A program made the position numbers and the translations under genes. The notes below the pieces were generated by a model, which worked only from the letters and a program-made list of their open reading frames with translations, was not told the DNA's origin and ran no database searches. From positions 60,875-80,874 of the forward strand of contig JABANN010000073.1 in the NCBI GenBank assembly GCA_013115125.1: DNA of 20,000 nucleotides. Direction: 5' to 3'. Position 1 is the stretch's first letter, and each line of letters opens with the position of its first letter. Shown piece after piece: positions 1 to 11,348 of the stretch. Source of the DNA: Perkinsus olseni. Its lineage: Eukaryota.

Positions 1-195
1 AAACACAGTTCAGGCAGAAGCGCGTGCAAATGTTACGTAAGCAGCGATAGAAAGATAGTTTAAATTAATATACCACAAACGATGAAAAATGAATGCGAAG
101 TCACAATGGTTCCATGGCAACGACTGGGCAGTACGGAAGATAATGAAACGATGCGTTCGATTACGAGTCTCACGGCGAAAACACACAACACGAGT

Positions 196-3100
196 TCACG
201 GCTTAGCATCGGACCAGTTCGTGCCAGTAGCAATATCTACGTCTAGGTTAATCAACATTCGGTAATCAGGTTTTATATCGGCGAAGGGATGCTCCATGAG
301 ATCTCGTACAATAGGAACGGCCTCGGCAGCATTCTCCTCCGGCCCTTCAAGAATCACTTCGTCATGTACCTGTGGATCAGAGTGACGAGATAAACGAGGA
401 TGTCGACTAGCTCACTTGCATCACTATCCGGAACCCCATACGCCGTAGTCTCTCATCCCGATCGACCCGGAGCATGGCCATCATGGCGATGTCGGCTGCC
501 GAGCCTTGGATGACGAAATTTACAGCTGCACGCTCGGACCTCCCCGAATACCTGAGGAGGATCGGCATTCGCGTTAACTACAGGCCCAACCGTATAGGGC
601 TCGATCGTTTGAATACTCTACTTTCGCAGCTTATGCTTGATGTGAGGGAACCTCCGGTGGCGGCCGAGTATGGAGGTGGCATGCTGGGTCTCCCGCGCTT
701 GCTGAACGATCTGACAAGGAGCCTACGGAGACTGAACAGCATGGCTGATCACACCTCTGCCTTCCACCGTTCCACTCCCTGCTTGGCATTATTCCACCGC
801 CTGAACATGTCCCTAACCTCAGTGACAGGCAAGTCCATCTCCTCTGCTAGACTTCTCTCCGTTTTTCCATAGGCTATGGAGAAGTTCATCACCTGTGTTT
901 TGAAAATGATGCGCACATATAGGTGAGAAAAGCATCTCCGACCTTGGCACGCTGACGTTGATTCGAGAACTTGCTTTTGACACTGGGGACGCCTGGATGA
1001 GCTTTGGCATCATCGATAACAACCTTAACACGAGTTCAATAGCATTCTGCCGGCCGTTAGCCGTGACCTACCGATCCATTAGCGACCGCCTCCGCCACCT
1101 CAGGGAACAGGTCCACAGCGCACTGTGAGTGGATATCACCACCCTCATTCAGTTGCCTTATCATAGCCTCGCATTTTGACATATGGGCCAACACTCTCAG
1201 TTCCAGCTGCGAGTAGTCTCCAACGATCAGTGTGTTCCCTGGGCGAGCGCTGAATGCCTTCCTGACGGAGTAGAGGTCGTTGTGAGCGCTCGGAGGGTTC
1301 TGCAAGTTCGGCTTCCGACAGCACAGGCGCCCTGACAGTATCACAAATCTCCGCTAAGGTCGAGCTGCAAGCAAGCGATTCGCATGCTAATCTAGCGCCA
1401 GGTCGAATTGCCCAGGAATCACCAGTCGTTGTGTCCAGTGCCAGACTAGGATGGATCCTCCCGAACCCCTCCTCGCCGTCCTTTATTCTCTCTATCAACG
1501 GCGATAGGACCGACGTTATTGCCGCGGATATCCTGATACACCGCTGAAGATGCCATAGTAGACGACATACCTAGCAAGAGATAAAGATGCGCACGCGCAC
1601 GTATGGTTTAGGCGTACGCTCGCAGCATGCTCATGGCCGCGGATCGGTTCCAACTGGTGGTAAGCATGGCCGTAAATGCCCTTGTAAGGGTCGCCAGCGA
1701 AAGCTCTTAGAATAGCTGACTCGACCTGGGGGAGCGGATGGACAACGATGTTGCAGGATGACCGTTGCTCGGAAGAAGCATCCGCAGGGCAGGCTCACTT
1801 TAGGCCATCCGCTGGGGGCGTAGTTGCTGAGCCTCTCTCTACCGTAGATATAGGCTATTGGCTCGAGGCTGAGCCCTCGGATCAGAAAGCGTTGCTTAGA
1901 CGACGATGGGGAAATGGGAAACTCCATGAAGGGCGGAACCCATTCCGCCTGTTCTCCTGATTTGACTCGACGAGCGACCCATCGCAAACGGTCTGCCTCG
2001 TCCGGGTTCCCGAAGAGAAGCTGCCGTATTTGTCTGGCTGATCTCGGGTTGATGAACTCCGCCTGCGGGTTCAGCGGCCGACCTCGGCGATCTGATCATG
2101 AATCAAGCTTCCCGTCGGAAATTGTGCATCCATATGAGCCAAACTCCGAGAAACCAGTGGTCACGCTGCAGACGGATCAACGCGAACAGAGCATTCCTTT
2201 CCTCAGATGCCACTCGCAGCCGCATAAGTGAGGGCAGTGAGCGACTCGCCAATATGAACGGACCTGTTAATGATTGGGCTAACGTCCGGAAGGCGTCTTT
2301 GTGATGCTCGAGATCTCCCTGGGCTGCGGTCAGCTGGTGCAACAGATACTCTCTGTTAGCTCCGAAACCTCGACGTTCGATCTCGACCAGGAGCTCGGTG
2401 AAATGGCGATAGAACTTCACCGCGAATTCAGACATGGACAAGCCAGTGTACCTAACCAGCATCCATTCGACATTCATATGGCTTCAGTGACATATTCTTC
2501 ATAGAAGTACGACGGGCACCTCGTAGAAGTAAGCATATTGAAAACAATCATTGTTCCAGGTACTCAATGGTGTCACGCAGTTTCCCTATAAGAGCCTCGC
2601 ACAGAGAAACTGGCACAAACCAGTGCCAGCTGCACAAACTACTCTTACTCGAGCATGAGAGAAAGCACTTGTGCACTGAAAGTTGAAAGGGAGGATTTAC
2701 ATCTCAGGATTCTTCAGTCCGTTCAAAGTTATCGCACTCCCCCGGATCTTGTGTTCAAGAGGTTCCTTCCACAACTCTGTACACCATTCTTGACCTCGCA
2801 AGGTATCGGTGAGGCGCTGAGGAAGAGCTCAGCTAAGAAGCACGCGCTCAGAGGATTCATCGGGGCCTCTTACACGATAGAGCATGAACGTAAAATAGGC
2901 GTCATCGGCTGCGTACTTCAACCATTCGCCAAATTTCTCTTCGCTGCAGTGAGCTTCCAGGCCGCCAATACCAAGTTTGCCGGCGAACCTAGACGGGAGA
3001 ACATAGGCTGGTTACTCCCGGTGCAAATCACTACTTCTCCTTATACGACGGAGGTTCTTTCGGTGCGATGCCGAACAAGCTAACTAGTCGCTTGAGCTGG

Positions 3101-4833
3101 TAGCCTTTCCCGGGCCCCGTATGTTGTTCGCAATCTGAAGAAGCATGTGACAGAGCGAGATGTGTGGAGCGGCATGCTACCGACAGAAAGCGGCTCAAGT
3201 GCAGCGGATTCACCGTTGACCGGCGGGCCCAAGATATCTCCGCCATCGTCGATGAGGGCGTCCTTGGAAGCTGGTTTGCTCTTCCGCAGAGGTACTGCTG
3301 GCTTGTCGGGCTTGACCTAGCATCAGATCCATCCCTTGAAGCCCTACTGAAAACGCGCATTCAGCAGATCGAAGAACCCGCGACTGTCACAGAAGCTTCC
3401 TGTCACCGCTTAACTCAAATGCGGAGTCGAAAAAAGCCACAAAATCATCAGCGGGTCGCTCGAGACCAACTCGAGACAGCTACGCCGATACGAACTCACC
3501 TGATCCTCCCAGCTGCTGAGGCTGGAATCGAAGAGGCGGGCTAGGTATCTAGTGTCTGCCTCCAGGCCTCGCACGGTTATGCCGTGCCCATAGAGTATAT
3601 GAGCATCGGTAGCGAAGTTATGAAAGACCTTCTTCCTGAGATGCGCCGAGACACTGGAAAAGCTCAAGTGCTTTGTTGATCAGAATATCAACAACGGCGT
3701 ACTACGTCTTAGTGTAACGATCTACCGACACTCCTGCGACTTCTTCTGCTCTCTGTGTCTACTCTGAACTTACTTATTAGGATTCTCAAAATAGGTTCTA
3801 AACAGGTCTAGTATTTGTCTGCTGGGCCCCTTGCAGTCGACGAAGAGCAATGGTCCAGCACCAAAGTCGAGCTTGCCGCCGCCAAAAGCCGTGAGGCAAA
3901 GTAACTGCAGACGTTGGAATCCCCATGCACGGCTCCCGCGGCCACTTTTACCTCTCCCGAACTGTGTGCAGGAGTGTTCCTACTCAGCTCAACGTTCCAG
4001 AATTCCGTGTCCCATGCTACTGGGCCTTGGTGGGACTCGAGAACCCGTACCTGTTCTCCGGTCCAGAGGTACTCTCCTCACGCTTGCTCACCGCCTCCAT
4101 TGCCTGCTCCTCATTAGTCACTAATGTGATGCCCTTAGGAGGCGAGTAACTCATTCGAAAGTCAGTTCCCTGATCAATCTGGAGAAAGGAGTTTCACGAC
4201 CGATTCTTCTGCGCGCGGTTGAGCCTGGTTACTTTCGCGAGTCTTTTCGTGAAGGTATCAGCCCTAACACGCTTCGGCTTCTGCCCGACTTCATCCACAC
4301 GGTCATTCTCTGACAGCTGAGCTTCCTCGTCTACATCCAGCTGCTCCTCACCACCAGTCAATATTGACATGGGTGGATGGCATAATACCTACGGGATCAC
4401 TCGTCGTCACTCCCCGGCAACTGGAAGCCTCGGCCAGCTCTAAATTCAGCATCATTCGTGCAGTCCAGGCACGCTATGTCCTCGCCCAGCCCGGTCACAC
4501 CATAATACGAACAGTGCGTCAAAAAAAACCGCGATATTACTACTTAGGACTCTACGCCGGCAAGCTCCCCTCCCACCGACTCCCTACTACCTCCTGCTTA
4601 TCAGCTTCCTTGCTGTTGTCGCTGACCACCGACACCCGCGGGGTGACAGCAGGTAGGTACCTCAGTACATCCTCTCTCTGAACCGCTGGTGATGCTGAAC
4701 CGAAACACCGTTGTAAACCGATCAGACAAGGGCGTTGGCGGCTCATCAGGGGTCGCACCGCCGGTACTGCGTATCGGAGCCGGTGGAAGAGCACATGACG
4801 AGACGCCCAGTGGGAGGGCCTCTGGACCCACAT
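196..4833 (-). CDS. POP: Organellar family A DNA polymerase of the POP (plant/protist organellar polymerase) type, with 3'-5' exonuclease and polymerase domains; multi-exon; probable mitochondrial presequence
   Basis: Hand-spliced minus-strand exons give ExoI VAWDTEF, then LLCLTAFGGGKLDFGAG, ExoII KKVFHNFATDAHIL...ADTRYLARLFDS, ExoIII WLKYAADDA, motif A NLQNPP...LIVGDYSQLELRVLAHMS, GGDIHSQCAVDLFPEVAEAV, motif B QRQRAK|VMNFSIAYGK, and motif C ERAAVNFVIQGSAADIAM...MQ|VHDEVILEGP, ending GTNWSDAKP* (stop 196-198). The last intron is 370-415 (GT-AG, 46 nt). NFSIAYG and the flanking blocks match plant POP (POLIA/B) rather than bacterial PolA (NFGLIYG). ATG at 4833 opens an Arg-rich, acid-free segment ending in RCFGS. 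Internal exon boundaries are not all resolved. Confidence 0.93.
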
Positions 4834-4934
4834 TAACCGCTGAAGGAACCCAATTTAGGAAACTAATTTATACAACCCAACAAGCCTCGATCGAGTGAAC
4901 GGGTAGTACGAACGAGCGCCAGAGGCAACTCTTC

Positions 4935-5955
4935 TTAAGGACTATCTCGATATCTGCCAGATTCAACGAGGAATTGGGAACAGTGGTCGAGACGAGCGTG
5001 TACTTTCTCCATCGTGGCGAAGAATGGCGTGGCTTTATCCATAAAGATGCCTAGTGAGATAGAGAACTTGAAGTAGCTAGTCAATCGACTATGACCAAGC
5101 AAAGAGTTGCCGTGCAAAGAATTGAGAGCTTACGTTCGTCGGCCTGCGATTGTTCTCGCTATAGCGGGGACAACCACATTGAAAAGGTGCAGTGCACGAG
5201 CGACTATGAGCTGCTTCAAGCAATCAGGCGAAATACTGATATCTCATCCAGAACGAGTTACTCACAGGAATCTTGTGAGAGCAAAATTGCCCACTCACTC
5301 CGAACGACGGGACGCTGAACTGAGTGAGGCAAGTGGGTTTATCAGTATTACCTCGCTAGTAGAAATCCCCCTGCAGAATTAAGGTGCTTTATGTAAGTTC
5401 TGTGGATCTCCCGTTCCAATTTCGGTTCCTCTCTGTCTGGCTTGTATCATCTCTGTGCCGTCCATTGATTTCAGCGGCGACTGTCACAGGGGTGCACTGT
5501 CATCTGGTGAGTCATCTATATTCTCCAGCTCAAAATTGGAGAGCTTGGAGCGGCATCCTATCGCGCGGACAGCACGCTAGTGATGACGCTAGTGGTCATT
5601 TAGAAAGGATCAACTGCATCAGGTTGAGACACCATAGCACCCATTACCGGCGAGCTTGCCCAGCTCCTGCTTCACGAGTCAGCTTCTCCAGCAGCTTCCA
5701 CAGACCCATGCTATCTCAGGGGCAAACGATCGCCAAAACACACAATACCGCGGATGCAAGCACGTTGCTTATATACATTAGTGGCTCACGGTGAGACGGA
5801 TCCTCTTCGTATGGTAAACGAAATGGTCGCCCGGTTTTATGCATAACTTCCCAGCTACGCCTCATGACAGACTCTGTCAGACAGAGATTACGTAGACCAT
5901 AGGCTGCAGCGAGACTTCGTCAGAGAGTCACTTGAGGTGACTCACTTCTAGTCAT
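4935..5955 (-). CDS. Hypothetical multi-exon protein (or the 3' part of the gene at 6197-7424)
   Basis: Phase-compatible GT-AG exons read YGLRNLCLTESVMRRSWEVMHKTGRPFRLPYEEDPSH, SMGLWKLLEKLTREAGAGQAR, GISTSEVILINPLASLSSASRRS|DISPDCLKQLIVARALHLFNVVVPAIARTIAGRRT|RLTSYFKFSISLGIFMDKATPFFATMEKVHARLDHCSQFLVESGRYRDSP* (stop 4935-4937). Candidate start ATG ACT AGA A|gtgag at 5955. No family recognised. Confidence 0.5.
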
Positions 5956-6196
5956 CGCAATGAAATTGATACCTCAGGGAGGGAAAACCCGCAACTCTGA
6001 AGGCGACGGTGACACCGAGACGCCAAGGCATTAACTGTGTTTCTTGAGAACTACTGTACGCAAAAACCAGCAGTCGATAGCAGGAAGCTTGTGTAATTAG
6101 AAAAGATAACAGTGCCGATTCTAAGGCGGCTCAGCGAGATGCATCATTGTCGAAACAGGGCTGTGGCTGTCGTGCAGCCCGGGAGCTTGCGTAGTC

Positions 6197-7424
6197 TCAT
6201 TCCCACGTACAACCGAAAGCAGATAACGCCATTTTCCCCTCAGGTTGGACAGCGTGAGCAGTGTGGATGACTAAGTCTGCGCCGACGCTGAGGTGAGTTG
6301 GTGAAGCAACCCTCAATGTTGGATCCCCCTCTCTGACAAACCACTCCTCGTTGTGATACTCCAGGAGCACCAGAGATGACGTGCGAGTTGAGTCTGAAGT
6401 GGTCACCACTAGCATGAGCTCGGCTGTGAGGAGGCGGATGTGCAACACATGTTCTAAGAAGAAGGTGGCTATTGGGAATTGACTCCAAGTCTCCTCCCGC
6501 GGAATTGAGGAGGAGTGGCCCAGTAAACCGAGCCGCACCTTCACTACCGAGTAACCCGCGATCACCGCAAAAGTGAAGACGCAGTTGGCTTCGTCACTCG
6601 CCACGAAATCATGCAGCTTCCTAGCAGTTACCCTTCGCTCCGATGTCCACAGCAAAAGTTGATGACTAGACTTCCGCTTCTCGTCAATTTCGACCATGGC
6701 GAGAGAGACCCTGCCGTCTTCCAACAGGCAGCAAATGAACACCTTTCCTCTACAGCAACTCAACCTACTAGAGAACCCAACGTCGCCGATACGGACGGTG
6801 GTGGCCCGAGGCACTTCGCTGGCTAAGTCGAGGACGAGAAGAAAATCCCTGTTCGAGTCGTACACGTACAGCTGATCTACCGACGGGTCGTAGTTGTATT
6901 GGGCCCGCCGGGGGAGGCAAATCGGCAACTCGAAGGACTCGGTGGCTCCAACATCGGATACGAAAGCACGCTCGTCTGCCTCTGAGGAAACACTCATCAC
7001 GCGGCTCTTCCGATAAAATATAAACTGGATTTGGCGGCTCGTGTCAGCGAGTTGAACGGACAGCTCAGTGAGTTGAGGGGCCCTAGGCTTCAGGAACTTC
7101 GAGATTTCCATGAGAAGCTCTTCCAGCCGGCCGCTGAGGTCCGATCGCTCCCATAGCTGTTCCAAGGCTGCCACGTTGAGTGCGAGGGAATGAGAACAAT
7201 CCATGAAAACTAAAAATACCAAGTAAAAAGAGCCAGTGTGTGGTCTTCTCTCTCCACAGCAGCACGTTGCGTCTCCTCCAAGGGCCGCCGTCTCCGCGAT
7301 GCGACAGGCTGTGACGCCAGCAGGCGTCGCGCGCCTCTACCAGAAGCCAGCAAGGTGTACTGATCAGAGGTACCAGCCGAGCTACTGTGTTGAAACTACT
7401 CACGAAACACCGATGACAAAGCAT
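6197..7424 (-). CDS. Hypothetical protein, beta-strand-rich (possibly propeller-like), with an Arg-rich N-terminus
   Basis: A ~1 kb open exon (ORF 6197-7222) is preceded by two short phase-compatible exons: MLCHRCF|YTLLASGRGARRLLASQPVASRRRRPLEETQ|LFMDCSHSLALN. Repeating short hydrophobic strands (LYVYDS, LLVLDL, VFICC, LMLVVT) suggest a beta fold. The 3' end is uncertain: stop at 6197 or a further spliced exon. Confidence 0.65.
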
Positions 7425-7844
7425 ATACCGCGGCTATCATGGGCAATGTGAAGGCTATCTGCGTCCGAACGTGTCAATGATTGTCAGGGATACGCGAAGT
7501 TTTCAACCGCAACGTAGAACCGGAGACGCGATTTGAACTTCTGAGTGTGATATAAATATACTATTCATATGGAGCGCACGAACCGAAATACGCATTCTTT
7601 TAAGTCCCCATCTCTCAGAAGAAACAGATGGCATTCTTTTCATCTACGGTGATGAAAACGGACTAACTATATCGTATGACGACAAACCTGTGGCATAGAA
7701 ACGATCAGGCAAAAATCTCGGACATAGAACACAGCACTGTTATCTTCGGGTATCACCAATCATAAGATGCCATTTACGGCAGGAACACTACGGTAGCAAT
7801 AGACGTAATCAACTGGCGGTAACCGCTCACAGGAGCGTTTTCCA

Positions 7845-10800
7845 TCAATCGTGCCCTGTTGTGCCCCGGACGAGAGCCTCAGCCTTGTCGCGCCACGCGA
7901 TGGCAGCCTCCAACTCCTGTCGAACGACATCGAGTAATTTGGAACTTAGCGGGTCGCTGTCGGCTTCCATTGCGGTAATGTCCACCTAGGAAGTCAGATG
8001 CTGTAGCAGCAAACCATGAGTCGCAATACCGAAGCCAGTCTCCGGTTGATCTCGTCCACCCTTTTTTGGAGACTCGAGGTAATCGACTGGAGAGCCTACA
8101 GTACAACAAGCGAGATCGGCTTCACTTCGTTGCTCGCGATTCCAGCGTCCGCAACCGAGGCCGACTTACTCGTGCGTCAAGCGAGCTCAACTCCGAGGGG
8201 AGATGATCCAATGCACCAGAGGACCACAGCTGCTTCAGATGCGACGTGTCGCTCTCGGTTGCGTACCTTCAGAGGCTCGTTTAACAACCGAGTGGCAGCC
8301 GAATGGCGCGGTAGGAGGGTTCACCCCGATAGTCCTACTGTGCGCAGCGGCTACACTTCACCATTCGATCCCAGTCAGAATCCAGACCTGAATAAAACAC
8401 ACGCAAGCATCAAAAATAGTAAGCCGCAATGGAGTGCATCACAGGTTCGCTATCTCTTACCGATGACAAATGGATCTCGGCACTTCGAGAACTGAGGTTC
8501 TTCCATCCAGGACTCCCTCTCGCTGCCTGACTTGCTGAAGTTCAGTTGAATAGGGTAACTGAACTCTCGCGTGAATAACAGCTCTTCTAAGCGTCAGCGG
8601 ACGCCCAAGAGGCGATCCACCACCGAACAGTATGCGACTACGCCACTAGCGAGATGGGGCGCCTCCCTCCCAACACACCCCAGATGGTTCCCTGGGATTG
8701 TGAAACCGCCGTAAATCAGGAACTGCAACTTACTCTTCAAACCATAGTCCATGGTGAGCTCTTCACCTGACACCGGAGGCATGGTCCTAAGTCTGATCGA
8801 GGCTGGAAAACCGACCTTTCCGTATGAACCGCCGAGCTCGGACCAAGCATCCCTCATGACTACACTCGGGATCCTGCAGAGAGATATGAGTTGTGTCAAC
8901 CACAACTTGTGGCTATCGAGGGCTCCTAGGGCAGAGACTAAGAGCCCTGATTCAATCGAATGCTCGCAAGCAGACCCTTTCCCTAGAATGTCCCGCCCAG
9001 AGGGCAAGACCCGGGCTGCACCGCAACTTCAGCTCAGGTTGCGAGAAGACCCAGATGAACAACCCTAGGGCGCCACGGCGCGGAAAAAGAGAGCCGAACG
9101 TCAACTCCTTCGAAGAAGTTGCCCCCCCCCTCACTACAACGCACTTGCAAATTGCAGTCGTCGACCGCAGTGTTCAGCAGCGAGACGCCAGGCAACAGCA
9201 ATACCAGGTCGCGCTCAGCACCCGTTGCTTCCTTCACTCTAGCCACACCGGTGCGCGACAGAATGACGCCCCAGGCCCACCTGACAGCAAGAAGCGGAGT
9301 CATATCGTTCCGCAGGAACTGCACCACCTGCCTACCTCGCTAGAGTTTCAATATGCAGTTGTGCCGCCTCAGACTCCATGCTCTCTATTCCAAACATGGA
9401 AGGCATCACAGCGGCCAGGCTCCGACAGGTAACGAGGAACTTCTCCAGTCTGGAGAAGGCGGTCAGTTACTAACGATAGGTCAGTCGAAGCATCACCGGC
9501 GAAGCTCTTCTCGCGCTGGTCCGAAGAGAAGCGCACTCTGGTTGGTGTTGAACCTCACAATCGAGTCGAAGCTATCCGGGAGAGAGTTGAACCATTGCTT
9601 CAGCATCTCCTTATCCGGAACTCGAGACTTGCCAAGACGATTGTTCAGCCACCCTACAGAGACGAATATGCCCATCACGGCGCGCGCGAGTCGACGAATG
9701 TAGAACAAAGTCAGCTGAACCGACGCCGGCATGACAACAACCTGGCGACCCACCTTTAGTATCATTAGAGCTCAATGCGGTGACCTCATACAGGAGGCCG
9801 AGCCCCATTCCAACTCGTTGCACCTCCGGAGGAGCCTAAAGACAGATAGCTCCACTCCTGCAGCTCTTTAAGTCGTGTTGTTTACCCTTTGCAATCGGGA
9901 AATGCCAATTACGGATGCAATTGCGGTGGGGATATCTGATAGACCGTCAAGTCGCTCCCAGGACAGAAACACGTGGAGCTTACCGTCTTGCGAATACCAC
10001 GCCGTCCTTGGTATCCGCATCACAACATCACCCTTGGCGAATTTCTTCCGAGCAAACAAGCCTCGTTCTTCCCCGCCGAGGCCAGGTACCGACTTCACCC
10101 TCGCGCCGACATACCCTCCGTAGGTATCCGATCGCAGAGTGTTCAGCAGCGCCTGCGAAAGCTGCATGACAAGAATTATGACAGAGAAAACGCGGGGCCC
10201 AGCGGTAGCTGGGAGTGAAAGTTACCCTTGCCAGATAGGGAAGCGTTACCTTAGAAGACTCGAATGGGCCGCTGGCGAAATCCTCCGCAATCCGGCGCGC
10301 AGTCACTACGCAAAGAGAGCAGCACAGTCATCAACAGCCTCGTCGTTACGGAGGACCCCGTCAAAATAGCAAGCTCAGGAAGCGAACCTCGGCTCCGTGT
10401 GAGAACTCACACTCATACGAAGTCTTTCAGCCGCGCATCTTATAGTGAGCTTCCCCGACACACTAACCATCGTTCAGCGCTCCAGTCACACGGAAGCCGA
10501 TGCATTATCACCATTGGTCCAATCCAGTATCGCCTCTCTGGAGATGTCACCAGGACTCGCTGAGCTCTTATCGTCTGGCGTCAGCGCGTTTTCTCGCAGG
10601 TCAACCAACCAGGAACCCAGCATGATACCTGCGACTGCTACTATTGCTGCAGCGTATATCCTGAACAACCGAAGTGCGATACAAATCGTCATTTCTAGAC
10701 GATGATGAATGTACGGGTTGTAAATGTGTCGGCAATTCCCATCTCCTGCTCTCCTAATTCGCGACTAACTCAGTTACGAACGGCTCACTTCATGCCAGCG

Positions 10801-10982
10801 CAGCAGAGTTGCACGCGGCGAGGATAGAAACACTACAGGCGCTGTCCATCTCAATGAGAAATTCCCAAGCCCGTCATTGCTGTCGACTAAATCCGTCCCC
10901 ATGAAACTTACCACCAGTTAGGCGAGGCGAGCCAACTGCGAGCTGCTTTTCGAGCAGAGTTTTGCCGACTGGCGGCGGCCAT
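7845..10982 (-). CDS. SET-domain lysine methyltransferase-like protein of the Rubisco LSMT/SETD3/SETD6 class, with a probable N-terminal transmembrane anchor; multi-exon
   Basis: Spliced exons give GEERGLFARKKFAKGDVVMRIP (SET-N), QWFNSLPDSFDS, WAWGVILSR...LLPGVSLLNT, CLVRARRFIRK|GEELTMDYGLKSKLQFLIYGGF (SET-C), and a helical C-terminus ...KLLDVVRQELEAAIAWRDKAEALVRGTTGHD* (stop 7845-7847). Upstream exons join in phase: MAAASRQNSARKAARSWLASPNWW|IYAAAIVAVAGIMLGSWLV...WTN|VTARRIAEDFASGPFESSK|LSQALLNTL. The 5' extension beyond 10167 is less certain than the SET core. Confidence 0.8.
10389..10500. repeat. 14-bp inverted repeat (one bulge) inside a predicted ~200-nt intron of the SET gene
   Basis: tcggctccgtgtga (10389-10402) is the reverse complement of tcacacggaagccga (10486-10500) except for one extra A. 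A competing local hairpin gtgtgag-aa-ctcacac (10397-10412) overlaps the left arm. Confidence 0.6.
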
Positions 10983-11348
10983 ACACAATCGATAAGGAGA
11001 AAAACTCAGAGGAGGAGCACCTTGCGAAGATCTACCGAACGATCCAATCTCAATTCCGCAATTTCAGGCGGCATAACGTGCATCCAAAGCAGAGCAGAGT
11101 TGAAGCAACAGCGGACAGGCTACGCACACTCGCCAGCAATCCCGCGGAGGGAGAGGTAACACCAACGCGAGCGCCCACAGTGATGCCCCACCAACTAAAC
11201 GCGACCGTTTGAGACAGCATCAGTGACGAGCATGGAAGACCTTTACCCAGCCTGACAGCAACATGCAAATGATCTGCATCCTGCTGCGAAATGATGCCTT
11301 GCAGCTACTCAACTTGCCGCTCCGAAGCTTCGAGCGCGTTAACGCGAA

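Noticed and set aside
196-4833. Fragmented polymerase read as a pseudogene or a phage/bacterial polA
   Set aside because: The breaks I resolved coincide with in-phase GT-AG introns, catalytic motifs are intact, and the motifs are POP-type.
5266-5271. Apparent 6-nt microexon (ag|attcct|gtgag on the minus strand)
   Set aside because: It would need a 27-nt upstream intron; a single ~60-nt intron gives a simpler in-frame model.
5926-5945. Hairpin gagtcac-ttgag-gtgactc as a terminator
   Set aside because: It overlaps an intron donor in a eukaryotic gene, has no U-tract, and a 7-bp stem can occur by chance.
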